Source: Azolla caroliniana (taxonomy: Eukaryota; Plantae; Polypodiophyta). From it: DNA of 64,000 nt. Every line of letters begins with the position of its first letter. Positions within the stretch are counted from its first letter, which is position 1. The translations under genes and the position numbers were made by a program. The stretch is from assembly GCA_043228905.1 (NCBI GenBank), contig JBHGNT010000013.1, positions 7,440,001-7,504,000 on the forward strand, written 5' to 3'. Positions 11,801-24,758 of this stretch are shown in pieces. The notes beneath the pieces are model-generated. The model worked only from the letters and a program-made list of their open reading frames with translations. It was not told where the DNA came from and did not search any database.

Positions 11801-14105
11801 TTTGGATGAAGAGCAAATGGAGGAACCGGTTACCGAAGCCCAAAGACGGAGATATCCTCTCAGAGAGAGAATGGCCCCCCAGAGATTTCCGGATGCAGAG
11901 CATGTGCTGCTGACCGATGAGGGAGAGCCGGAAAGCTTCGAAGAAGCGAAGGATGACACCCACAGCCGCAAATGGTTAAGTGCCATGCAGGATGAGATGG
12001 ATTCCCTGCATGAGAACCATACGTACGAATTGGTGGAGTTGCCGAAAGGAAAGCGGGCACTCTGAAACAAGTGGGTGTACAAGTGGAAACTGGGAGATGC
12101 CGCCAACCCCCCGAGATACAAAGCCAGGATTGTGGTGAAGGGGTTCCAACAGAAGAAAGACGTGGACTTCGACGAGATATTTGCCCCGGTAGTAAAGATG
12201 ACCTCCATCCGGACGGTGCTGAGCATAGCGGCAAGCATGGACCTCGAGGTAGAGTAGCTGGACGTGAAGACAACATTGCTTCATGGTGACCTCGAAGAGG
12301 AGATCTACATGTAGCAACCGGAAGGATTCGTGGAGAAGGGGAAGGAGCACCTTGTTTGCCGGTTGAAGAAGAGCCTGTACGGATTGAAGTAGGCTCCCCG
12401 ACAATGGTACCGGAAGTTCGACTCCTTCATGACCGATCAAGGGTACCACAAGACGCAGGCCGATCACTGCGTGTTTTTGAAGAAGTTTGAAGGAGGCGAC
12501 TTCCTAATACTCCTTCTGTACGTGGACGACATGTTGATTGTCGGACGGGACAAAGCCAAAATACGGATGCTGATGAAGGCTCTCAACCGAACCTTTGCGA
12601 TGAAAGACTTGGGTCTGGCAAGACAGATGTTGGGGATGCATATCATCCGGAACCGGCCAACGAAGCAACTGTGGCTGTCACAGGAGAAATACGTGACAAA
12701 GGTGCTTCAGCGGTTCAACATGTCAAATGCGAAACCGGTCGGATCGACACTTCCGGAAAACTTCAGGTTATCCGGTAAGCAAAGCCCGAAGAAAAAAGCA
12801 GAGAAGGCGGATATGATGAAGGTTCCATATGCCTCTACCGTCGGGAGCTTAATGTACGCAATGGTGTGTACCCAACCGGATATAGGATACGTAGTCGGAG
12901 TGGTGAGCCGGTTTATGAGCAATCCCGACAAGGAGCATTGGAATGCAATCAAGGAGCCGGTCTACATCCGGGTATGTAATGACATATGTAGGGGGAGCTA
13001 TTTCGTGGCAGTCGAGGCTGCAGAAGACAGTTGCGTTGTCAACCACAGAGGCGGAGTACATGGCGGCTGTGGAAGCCGGCAAGGAAATATTATGGATGAA
13101 GGACTTCATCGGAGAGCTCGGTATCCGGCAAGGTGAATACTTGCTCTATTGCGACAATCAAAGTGCCATCCACCTTGCTAAGAATGCGGCCTACCATTCC
13201 CGGACGAAGCATATCCAGCGAAGGTATCACTGGATCTGGGAAAGAGTAGATGACCAGGAGTTCGCACTGACGAAGATCCACACGGCCAAGAACGGGTCAG
13301 ATATGCTGACCAAAGTACTTATACCCGACAAGCTGGATACATGCCGGAAGCAGATCAGACTAGTAAGACATCCCATGCCGGAGTGAAGGGGGAGTTTGTT
13401 AGGAAACAAGTCCCTCCGGATGGGAAATGAGAAGAACAGTACGGATGGGAAACCGGATTTGGAGTACCCGCCTACGGAAGACCCAGTGAGAACTGGATGA
13501 CAAACGGAAGACCCGGTGAGAACTGGATGTGGTGTACCCGGCAAGCGCCGGATGACGAGTACCCGGCTATGGAAGACCCGGTGAGAACCGGATGAGGAGT
13601 ACCCGGCATGAGCCGGATGGTGAAGGCCCGATGAGAAGTGCTGACCGGATGAAGGGACATATTTGTAAATATGTTTTTTGAGAGTCCATCGGGGCTATAT
13701 TTGTAAATAGCCGAAAATTCATATTAGTATAAATATGACTGAGGGCAAACAGAGAATTGAGTGTTGTTGTCGTTCTTGTTGGTGCAAGACTAGAGAGCGC
13801 GTAACTATGTACAGAGACAGAGAGAGAGAGGAAGAGGTCGTTGCCTCTGTTGTAACCGCCGCCTGTGGCGAAGATCATGAGCACGAGGTCGTTGCCTCCA
13901 TGAGCTCACTGTTGTAATCATTGTGATATAGAGATAGTTAGCAGTCAGTGGACTGTCCTGCTTTTTCCCTCTCAGGGTTTTCCATGTTAAACATCCTGTG
14001 TACTCTTCTCTTCTTTGTGTCGTGCGTTCATTATCCGTTTTCTATGTTTGATTCTAGACTCGGTTGTGGCTGAGCATTGTTCATCGAGAGCGTGTGTTCC
14101 TGACA
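8883..14105 (+). mobile_element. Ty1/copia element with near-complete gag-pol carrying stops. 5' LTR lacks U3 (8883-9179); 3' LTR 13397-14105
   Basis: PBS TGGTATCAGAGC at 9182-9193. Zinc knuckle CFYCGKPGHFQKNC, protease WVVDSG, integrase RADNGGEY, RT LYVDDM, RNase H YCDNQSAI. PPT GTGAAGGGGGAG. Confidence 0.93.
9795..10523 (+). repeat. 362-bp tandem duplication of the gag zinc knuckle to protease segment
   Basis: Copies start at 9795 and 10157, with ACCCC microhomology at the junctions. Confidence 0.9.
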
Positions 14106-16879
14106 GGGGATGAGTCGGAAATTGGCCGTGACTTCTGCCTTATGCTTTATGGGCGGACCGAACTATGCACAGTTCGGTAACCAGATACATGCCGACAGAG
14201 GTTATGTTCAGGCAGAAGCCGATCATGCCGGTGGAATGGACAATTTCCTCGTGGACCGCGATCGACTGGACGGAGGAGATGAGCAAAGAAGAGATGCTAG
14301 CCGTGCGGATCCGTCAGCTCGAGCGGAGGATGTAGTATGAGCATAGGCAAAGTTGCATGTTGCACGGGAGAGGAACAAGCGCTGATTCGACTGGACACAC
14401 CCGCTACGACCAAGGAAGGGAAGGCAACTGGGTGCTGGTCTATGACAATAGCCTCGACAATCAGCAAAGGGCTATAGGGAAATTTGTGCGGAGATGGTTC
14501 GGGTCCTATGTGGTAAAAAGGGCGAATGACAACGCCACATACCACCTTGTGGAGCTCGATGGGACAAGGATAGCGATACAAGTTACAAGAAAGCGGGTAA
14601 ACGCCTTGAAGAAGCGGCATGAAGTGGAACCGGAACTGGAGATCCGGGGAGAAGACAATGAACTAGAGGAGCTAGACCATGACCGGGAGGTCGACAGATC
14701 GGAGGTGGAAGAATAATCAAACAACTAGAATTCTCTCTCTTGGCACATACCGGTGGATATGCGGTTTGGTGGGGGTGGATGTGGTGGGATGTTCCAGCTA
14801 CAAAGCAAAACAAAGCCGAACATGCCGGAACGGGTGCTTACACTAGTGAAGACCAACATTGAGTGTCTATGTATGAACACATGTAAATAACGTAGGACTA
14901 CAACATAGGAGTTAATGGGTACTTCAACATCCCACACAGATAGAGAGGAAGGTAGTGAGTCTGACGTGAAGAGATTGAGGAAATGTCTATCCGAAGCGGC
15001 CGACTTAACTACGTGATGTGACAGCCCTCTCTCTCCTTGGTCTATAAAAGGGCGGAGAGAGGACTAAGTAGGGGACCCTGGATTTTGGAGACAACAAAGT
15101 GCTGTCGGTTGGAGTGCCGAGCTCTCTCTTTGTCTCTATTTCTTGTGCTCACGCAACGACCAGAGGTTCTTCATTCCGTTTTTCCTATGCGTTTGAGTGG
15201 AAGTGAGCATCTGTCGGGAACGCAACGCTTTGTCACCGGTCGCGCTCGGTTGTACTCCTTAGTTCTCTGCTAATCACTAGTTGTTGGTTTCCCTCTCGTG
15301 TTGGGGTTTCTGCGTTGTTCTTACTTGTTGCGTGTTAACCGTGCCCAAGCTCACGTCTTAGTCTTGTTCTGACCCTATTGCTTGCACATCCTAGTTCGCA
15401 AGCCCATGCGCTTGCCGCCGCTTCTCGGCTCCCCGACTAGGACTGAACCGACATAGCTATCTGAACCGATCCGTTGAGGCTAACCGAACCATACCACGAG
15501 CTTCGCTTTTCCTTATCCGATTCCTTGTTCCGAGACCCCCGTGGTTCCGCCCGCTCTAACACACCTGCACGCAGAATATTGCGACACCGAGAAATATACA
15601 CTTAACTGCATGGGGTTCCAGGTTGGTCCTTTTGTTTCTAGGGATGAAGGTGGAGGCTTCACATCCGAATATATGGAGCCTATCATAGGTCAGTTGTTTG
15701 CCTGACCATGTAGTCAATCACCATTACCTAGTTCAGTCCGTCTTGAGACATATGGCCAAGTCAGGCATGACATAAGTTCAAATATGGCGATTCAGCTACG
15801 TTCACTATGCCCTCCAAATTTATCGCCATCAATGGATACATGTTGTTGTTCTTGCATTCGACCCTGATTTTCATATTAACTCGGTTGATCATCCATGATG
15901 ACTCACTAAGAGTCATTCGGTACTCGGCTTCGGCTAGCATACCGATGGAGACCAGACTTCTCTTCAGCTCGGGTATGTGTCGAACTCGGTGAAGGGTGAT
16001 AGTATTGTCGTTTGTCAATTTAATGGGTACCTCGTCGATCCCTACGATTACGCACTCCTGACCATTGCCTAGTCAAACTGTGTCGCTGGCTCCGGTTGCA
16101 TAGTTCAAAAACCATTCGATGTTAGGGGACACGTGAAATGTGGCACCAGAATCCAGCAACCACGTTCATGCGACTTGCCCATTGTATAGGACTTCACCAG
16201 TCGAGGACTTCTCCAAGGAGAGGATTTCTCCCGATCAGGATTTAGAAATATAGACTTGGTTTTAGCAATATAGACTTGGTTGATGGTTGGAGAATGATTC
16301 GAATCAGATTGTTCTTGTGTCCAATCGAATCGCCAACCATTCTCCTTTTTTTCTTATCGACCAGTAGTGAGAAACTTTGTGAACAGTCTTTTTGTAGTGA
16401 GTGTAGAAATCATTTGATTGACTATTCCTCAACTTCGACCATCGTCGATCTCTCGGCTTGTTCTCTCAATCAGTTGGTTCGTCCGATCGATATCAGTTTC
16501 GACAAGGAAGACTTCTTCTCATAAACAGCTTGAACTTTCTCCCACAAAGAGAATGTCGTTGTCTCCTTGTCCATCCTGAAATTGACTTTCTCAGCCAGGT
16601 GCATCCAGATGGTCGATCATGCGATTTTGTCCATCGATCTACACTCTACTACAGATATCAATGTTGGTTTATCACTTTGGCAAATCGCTTCGACCTGTCT
16701 TTAGATTATGAGCCCCTATTGCATCATTTCTTTCCATAGGGCAAAGTTCTTCCAATCGAACTTCCAGATTTCAACATTTGTGTTGGAGTGTGTTGCCATT
16801 TGTTTTTTCTTTCTTTTTTTTTCTTTTCTCTTAGCCGGGTAGCTTCTCTTGTCATTCTTTGTTGTTTGTTGTTGCTGGA

Positions 16880-19800
16880 TGTGAAAGATTGCTTGCGGAA
16901 GCGTTAGAAAGAACAATACACAGAGAGAGAGAGTACGCAGGAGAGACAGAGAGAAAGAGCAAAACACACTATTTCTCAAAATTATATGAATACTCTGTGC
17001 TCTATGTTTTTACAACACCCTCATCAGCGCTATTTATATAAGTCCACATGGGACTGTTAGAAGTATGGTGTACTTCAATGCTCACACAAGCATCTGACAC
17101 TAACTACGAGACTAAAACTGCCTAGTAGTCTAACCTATATGAGACTTCTCCTGGCGTCGCTTCGCCTTGCTCGCGCTTCTTGTCCGGTCCGGTCCCGTTT
17201 GCTGCGACCCCTTTGGTTCTGCGCGCCTCGACCTTTGGCATGTCTACTCAATAGGCCCATCTCAGCTCCTTCACTGCTATGACTCCGGCGCTTGCCGATC
17301 CGTCGGTTCCTCCGCGATGGCATCGACTTCCGCTACGTCCGTGTCTGATTGGCCTCTTGTTGATCCGACTCATCCGGATCCGTCTGTTGATCCGAATCGG
17401 CTGTCTCCGACTCGTTCCAGGTCTTGTTCGAATCGATATCCTCCGATTCGATTTTCGGCTTCAGGCCTCTCACCACATCGGACCACGTCCGGGTCTTGGC
17501 CTTCTCCGTGCTTCCCTTGGCTTCTTCACAACCGCTCACTCCGACCTGTTCGGATGTGCCAACTTCCTTCTTCGACTCGACTTTATTTTTCTTCTTGTCT
17601 CCACCTCTACCTGTTCTTCTCTTACCTACGGGTTAATTAGTTTTTTTTCCTTTGCCCGTTTCTGTAGTGTCTTTGCCCTTGCGTCTCCCCCTCAAGTGCG
17701 GCACATTGAGATGCTGAACACCAAGCATTTCGGTAAAGTGTTGCAACTTGTCCGACCCGAGTGGCTTGGTGAAGATGTCGGCAACTTGCCGATCCGTGTG
17801 AACATACCGTAGTTCAACTTCACCGTTCAGGACCCACTCACGCACGAAGTGATAATGCACTTCTATGTGCTTTGTGCGAGCATGGAACACAGGGTTCTTG
17901 GCGAGCTGCATGCTGCTGAGGTTATTGCAGTAGATTAGGATCGGGGTCGGTACCTCAATTCGCAGGTCTTGCAGTAGTCGCCGAAGCTAGATGGCTTCGC
18001 AGGTGGCAATGGTCGCGCCCCGGTATTCAGCCTCAATGCTGGATAGAGCCACTGTTCGCTGCTTTTTGTTGCTCCATGCAACAGCCACGCTCCCAAGAGA
18101 AAATATAAAGCCAGAATTTGAGCGACGATCTGTGTAGCCGACAAGCTCTTCGGTTATACCTTGCCGGTATAAGAGCCGCCGGTCCTTAGTGTCGCTTACA
18201 TACCTCAGTATTCGTTGCACACACTAAAGGTGCTCCGTGGTTGGCTTCTGCATGAATTGGCTTACCAGTCCAACCGGATAGCTAATGTCGGGTCAGGTGA
18301 TAGTCAAGTAGATCAGGCTTTCGACTATTTGTCGGAACCGTTTCTCATCACAGGCTGGTCCGGAGTTGGGACGGAGCTTCTGATTCCGGTCCAAGGGTGT
18401 GGAGACAGGTCGGCATTCCGTCATGCCGAACTTGAACAACATATTCAACACATAATGGCATTGAGAAAGCAATATGCCGTCGGGGGTGCGGATCACCTTG
18501 ATCCCCAAAAAATAATGAAGGTCCCCCAAGTCCTTCATATCAAATGCGTCTGACAACTGGGACTTGACACGGTTGATTTCCAGAAGACCTGGGCCGGTGA
18601 TGACTAAATCATCAACATAGAGTAAGATACATACCCGACTATTTGAGCCTTGACGGATGAACAGGGAAGAGTCCGACTTAGAGGCAAAAAACCCCATCTT
18701 TCGCAACCGGTGCGTGATCTTAGCATTCCAAGCACGGGGGGCTTGCTTCAAGCCGTACAACGACTTCCTCAGCCGGCATACCGCCGACTTGTTCACCTCC
18801 GATTGAAATCCGGGGGGCTGAGTCATAAATACTTCTTCTTCAAGATCTCCTTGAAGGAAGGCATTCTTCACATCCGTCTGATGAAGATGCCACCCCCTTG
18901 CCGCAGCAACCGCCAGTACCACACGAACTATCGTCATCTTTGCTACAGGAGCGAAGGTCTCATCGTAGTCGATTCCGTGGGTCTACGCATATCCCTTCAC
19001 CACTAACCAGGCCTTGTACCTGTTAACTGTATCGTCAGCATTGTACTTTACCTTGTACACCCACTTGCATCCGATTGGTTTACAGTGACGGGGAGGGTCA
19101 ACCAGGTCCCAAATTCCGTTGGAATCCAGTGCCCGCATTTCTTCCTCCATAGCGGCACGCCAATTTGCGTCCTTTGCCGCTTCTGCGTAGCTCTCCGGCT
19201 CACACACTTCTGCGACCTTGGTCATGTACGCATAATGATGCCCCATGTACTCGTTATACCCATACCGTTTAATGGGATCCTTCTGGCGGGTGAACCGGCG
19301 TAACTCACCATTACCGAGACCCTTCTTGGCTAGTTCGGTGTTTGTTCCTGAAGATCTACCTATGGCCTTGCTAAAGTTAGATACGCACCGATCCGACTTA
19401 TCATTGCCGGTCTCAAATTCCGGCATCTTCTGCTTCCCTTTCTCTTTGCGTGTGAACCATTTCCTCGGTTCCTTGCGCGGGGAGAGCACGACAGAGTCTC
19501 CACTACTCGCCGTCTCATCATCCGATTGGTTGGACTGATCCAATCTCTCATTCGGTCCGCTTAACCGGAACGATTCCGGACTCTCATCTTGACTCCCGGC
19601 TTTATCTTCCTCTACCTGGGCCGGTTCAGGCTCACAAGCCCCATCCTCCGACATCGGGTCGGGATTGGAAGTCGGAGTTGGTAAGGAATACCACGATGCC
19701 GATTCATCAAACTCCACATCTTGGCTGACTCGGACCTGCTTTGTCCGGGGGTTATAACACTTATACCCCTTTTGCTCTTGAGCATAGCAGACTAGGATGC

Positions 19801-22443
19801 ATTTTTCCGATTTTGCATCCAACTTTCTCCGCTTCTCATCCGGCACATGTACATAGGCTATGTTTCCGAATATCCGTAGGTGTCTCAAATTCGGCTTGCG
19901 CCCGAAATATAGCTCGTGAGCTGACACCTTCTCCCCGATCCGGTTCTGGATGTAAACGGCCATTTCGACCGCCTCCGCCCAGTAGAACTTGGGCATGCTC
20001 TTTTCCTCCAGCATTGCCCTAGCCATGTCAATCAGCGACCGATTCTTCCTTTCGGCCACACCGTTCTGTTGCGGTGTGTATCTGCAGCTGAATTCTCACC
20101 GAATTCCTTTTTGTTGCAGATAGCTATTGAATTGGCCAGAAAAGTACTCTTTTCCGCCATCCGACCGTAGGCATTTGATCTTCCTCTCCGATTCCCGTTC
20201 CACCATCTTCTGGAGGCTCCAGAAACACTCGAAGACTTCGCTCTTCTGCTCAATGAGGTAGATCCATGTATGCCGCGTGTAGTCGTCGATGAAGGAGACG
20301 AAATATCGACTCCCACCAATGCTCACATTTTGTGCCGGTCCCCACACATCCGAATGGATAAGATCGATTTCTTTCGGTGGGGAATGGAAGCCAATGTTGC
20401 TTCCCGAGTTGGCAAGCTTCACAAATCTAGGCTCTCCGGCCGTTAAACTTCGGCAAACCGAAAACGACTTTTCCATTTGTAGGTTTTGAAGCCTCTGGTA
20501 CTTGACGTGGCCGATCCGCTTGTGCCACAGGTCAATATCCGACTCGACCTTCTGTCCTTTGGCGAATACTGCGATGCCGACGTCATTGGTGTTGAGGATA
20601 AACCCTAAACCCTAAAACCTAAACCCTTGCGCAATAACTTCGCTCTCATCCTCAATGAAGCACCCGAGGTGTGTAAACCGCACCTGCATCCCTTGGTGGA
20701 TGATCTGTCCGACCGACACCAGGTTCTTCGTGATCATCAAAACATGTAATACATTCATTAGCTTCCCCTTTTGTCTGACGTGGCTCAAAGGGACTTCTCC
20801 GACGTGCACGAATGGGTGGGGAGTGTCATCTCCGGTTTCGATAACTCCCGGTTGATCCGGCTTCTCCAAAAAGGAGAACCACTCCCCGTGGCTCATCATG
20901 TGGTTCGACGTGCCGGAGTCAACATACCACACTTCCTCCGATTTGGAAGTGGTCTTCTTCATTGAGTTTGCCTTGTGCTTCATCACCAAGGTTGGCCCCT
21001 TACCATTCTTTGATCCTCCCGATCCATTTGCATAGTGCGAGCTTTGCCGGCCTTCCTTACCGGTCTTGCCGGATCCGGATTTGTCCGAATCAGCACGCTT
21101 TCTCCAGCACTCGCTTTCCTTGTGGCCCTTTTTGCCACAATACCAGCATTCCGTAGCGTATTTGTCTTGCCGGCCTCCGGCACCACCTTGACTCCCTTTG
21201 CTTGTGGAAGTCCCGGAACTGCTGTCGGCAAGCTCATTGTGCCTTCGTTCCTGCTCTTGCCGGCTGCCTCCATTGCGTGCCAACCTGCCTTGTCCACCAA
21301 GCCCGCGGGACCGATCTGCTCCCGTGTACAACATCCGGTTGTCTAGGGATGCACTGGTAGATGCACCGGCGTGGTTCTCCTCTACAAGGAGCATTGACTA
21401 TAAGTCGAAAAATGAGGGTGTATTCCCCCTTGTACAAACCGCAATCCGGAAAGCTCCGAACTTGGACGCCAGGCCTCCAAGACAGACCTGCACCATCTCT
21501 TCTTCCTCTACGGCGACGTTAATAGAGGCAAGCGAGTCACAGATCCCTTTGATCTTGGTTGTGTAGTCTGCCACCGACATGTTCTTCTGTCCAACATTGC
21601 TCAACTCTTGTCTGAGTTGCAGCTTCCGGGCAGTGGTGCTTGCGGCGAAGACCTTTTTCAAGTTTCCCCAAGCATCCTTCGGTGTCTTGGCGTCACGGAT
21701 ATGGCTGAGCAACTGGTCACCGACACTGGACGCGAAGTAGTACATCACCCTACTTGCCGTCTGTTCCCACACTGGGAAGTCCTTGTGTGTCGTCTCCGGT
21801 GCTGAATCGTTCACTCCATCGACATAACTCCAGTAGCCATGCCCAAGCAGGTACTAGTGCATCTTGTATGACCAAGATGCGTAGTTGGTTCTGTCGAGCT
21901 TCTCCACCGGGAGAGACGTAGCCATACCTTTGTCCATTTCTCCTTTTGTGTTTGTTTTCCGATCTGTTAGGGTTTTCCTTCACAAGCGTAGATGTCTACA
22001 GCAGAGGTTCTCAACCCACTCGCTCTAATACCATGTGAAAGATTTCTTGCGGAAGTGTTAGAAAGAACAATACACAGAGAGAGGGAGAGAGTACGCGGGA
22101 GAGATAGAGAGAAAGAGCAAAACACACTATTTCTCAAAATTATATGAATACTCTGTGCTCTATGTTTTTACAATGCGCTCATCAACGCTATTTATACAAG
22201 TCCACATGGAACTGTTAGAAGTACGGTGTACTTCAATGCTCACACGAGCATCTGACACTAACTACAAGACTATAACTGCCTAGTAGTCTAACCTATACTA
22301 GGCTTCCGGTTACGGATCGGATCCGGCATACCGGCTCCCCAGCTCACAGGTCCTTACTGCTTACCGACTCGGTTGCTCACCGGCATACCGATTCATCTCG
22401 CTTATTCAACCGATCCGGCTCCGGTTGAGCTTGCCGCTCAACA
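16880..22443 (-). mobile_element. Ty1/copia family A, copy 1. 5' LTR 22034-22443; 3' LTR truncated at 16880-~17138
   Basis: PBS TGGTATTAGAGC at 22022-22033. TSD CTGGA/CTAGA. Motifs CWYCGKKGHKESEC, WYVDSG, RSDGGKEY, LYVDDL, KNPVFHARTKHI. Confidence 0.92.
20599..20627 (-). repeat. Short interstitial TTTAGGG-type telomeric tract inside copia pol
   Basis: TAAACCCTAAACCCTAAAACCTAAACCCT. Sister copies have ordinary coding sequence at this position. Confidence 0.8.
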
Positions 22444-22728
22444 CTAGACAACAAGGTCGCTCAGATATCAATTGTTGAATATGATATGTGGAAGGATATC
22501 TGAGGACCTGCAGGAAAATGTGTACAACAAACAACATAGACAGAATATGCAAGAAGATAGAAGGTAGGATAGTGATGATGAAGCTCTAATGGAGGCACTG
22601 TTATTTCTCTTCTATAAAACTCTCACTCTACAATGTTAGAGTTGGCCTTATTTATATAGAAGCCCTAACTTGAAGATGTGTTCACACTAAGAATACAAAG
22701 TGGAAGGAGTTGGCCTTTTATGCCAACA

Positions 22729-24758
22729 AGCCGAACAAATCGTCGACCAAGGCATGCAAGTTCGGTTCACACACCATGTGTGCTTCATCAAGGAGGAAGG
22801 CTAGATCATCGGCAAGGGCGCAAAGAAAGGAGGATGTTTATCCTCGAATTGAACAAGGTAGGAGACACTATGTTTGCCAAGGGGCATAAGGTCGAATCAG
22901 ACATCGACCTGTGGCACAAGCGGATCAGCCACGTCAACTTCCGAAAGCTTCAAGAGATGCAGACAAAATAGTTGATGCTCAGCCTATCGAAATTCAGTGG
23001 CCAGAAAAGGCAATAATGTGAAGCGCGCCAACATGGGAAACAACACATGTTTGCATTCCCCAATGAGAGAAATCAGAGCCGAAACAACCTCGATCTCATC
23101 CATTCGAATGTGTGGGGACCGGCTCAGAACATGAGCATCAGAAGGAGCCGATTTTCGTCACCTTCATTGTCGACTTCACTCGACACATGTGGGCATGCTT
23201 GATCAAGAAGAAAAGTGAAGTCTTCTCCTGCTTCATGAAGGTAAAAAGTCTTTCTGAATGGGAGACAGGAAGTAAGATCAAGTGCAAAAGGTCTGATGGC
23301 GGAAAAGAATACTTTTTCGGCCAATTCTGAAGTTATATGCAGAAGGTGGGAATTCGGCATTATTTCTCCTATAGATACACGCCGGAATAGAACAACATGA
23401 CCAAAAGGAAGAACCAAACTATAGAAGAAGCAACCATGACAATGCTAGAAGAAAAGAGCATGCCCAAGTTCTACTAGGCCGAAGCGGTCAGGATGGCCAT
23501 TTACCTCCAGAATCAGACATCTACAAACAAAGGATTGTTGCCACATGAGCTATAGTTTGGAAAGAAGCCGAATTTGGCACACTTAAGGGTATTCGGCAGC
23601 ATAGCATATGTGCATGTGCCGAAGGAAACATGGAGGAAGTTGGACCCAAAGGCTGAAAAGTGCATACTTCTCAACTACTTGAACGAGATATAAATGTTAT
23701 AACCCCTGGACAAAATCGGTTCAAGTAAGCCATAATGTTCTCTTCGACGAGATTGATTCATGGTACCAACCCCCGGACCTTCCGGGTGGCTCTACTCTTG
23801 TACTACATAATGTATGACACCTACCTAAGCTCACAACGCCATTGATCTCAGTTGGACAATTGGACGAAGACGACATTCGTGCTAGTTTTTTGTTAGGGGG
23901 TGGACGCTCCACAGAGGGAACCTCCTGCTTGTTAGAGGGCCGAAGGTACATGCTCATTGTACCCCTTGTACTTCACACTCAGAGAGGGTGACTTATTTCT
24001 GGTTGATATTTTGGTGTTGTCCCTATGGCATGGACGACTCAGCCACTTGAGGAAGGCCAACATCACGTAGTTATCCAAAGCTAGCGACATCCCGAAACTC
24101 TCCTTCTCTGATCACCAATTTTGCGAGCATTGCTAGTATAGCAAGAAAGCCATGACGTCACACCCAACTACAGAAGCGAGAGAGTCGAGCCCGCTCGACT
24201 TGGTCCATTTGGACGTCTGTGGCCCTAATGCCACATCAATCTCTTAGTAGCGCATCATACTTCGTCGCATTCATTGACGATACTACAAGGAAGGTGTGGG
24301 CGTATCCGACCATGACTAAGGATCATGTGTTCATGATCTTTTCAGAATGGCTCTCGATGGCCGAGAACCAAACCAGCAGAAAGCTGAAATACTTATGGTA
24401 TGATAATGGTGGACATATGAAGAAGCTTCGGCATGTGCCGAGTTGGCCAATTGCAACCTAGAAATGGAGTTCAAAATGAACTCCATTCGGCACAATCAGA
24501 CATGGGACTTAACGAATTGTCAAAGAATCGATGTGCTCTTCCGTGAAAATGGGTCTTTTGACTAAAAGAGACATCTATTTCGGCCAATGCCAAGTATAAA
24601 TTTAGATTGGTCACAAAAAGTAATATGGCATTGACTTCCACAAAAGTTTTTCACCAGTAGTTAAAATGACCACCCTTCAATTTCTACTCGATGTCATAAC
24701 AACCCAAAATTTGGAGCTAATCCAACTAGACATCAAGAAGACCTTCCTCCATGGTGAC
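22729..24758 (+). mobile_element. Decayed, deletion-joined Ty1/copia pol fragments (GAG-pre-integrase, integrase, RT start) from probably two families
   Basis: Peptides LWHKRISH, SDGGKEYF, FIDDTTRKVW, and a KTFLHGD-like sequence at 24738-24758. Confidence 0.75.

Larger units (their letters stand above)
3144..15586 (+). mobile_element. Ty3/gypsy element primed by tRNA-Trp. LTRs 3144-4333 and 14780-15586; gag and integrase remnants; PR/RT deleted; carries nested inserts
   Basis: Homologous TG..CA LTRs. PBS TGGTGAACCCGACGTGA at 4338-4354. PPT GGGGGTGGA at 14771-14779. 4-bp TSD CCGA at 3140-3143 and 15587-15590. Integrase HHCC (GHKG..CESCQ) and a GPY/F-like WFGSYVV. Confidence 0.9.
2443..22728 (-). 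mobile_element. Old host Ty1/copia element. Own sequence at 2443-3143, 15587-16879 and 22444-22728; 5' LTR ~22473-22728
   Basis: Peptides EPSSYEEA and GYRLWDP..IRSSDVVF. CIFLGY is restored when the insert at 3144-15586 is removed. Gag start MATHSN..KFD.KNFALWK near 16800. Degenerate Met PBS at 22459-22470. Confidence 0.8.
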
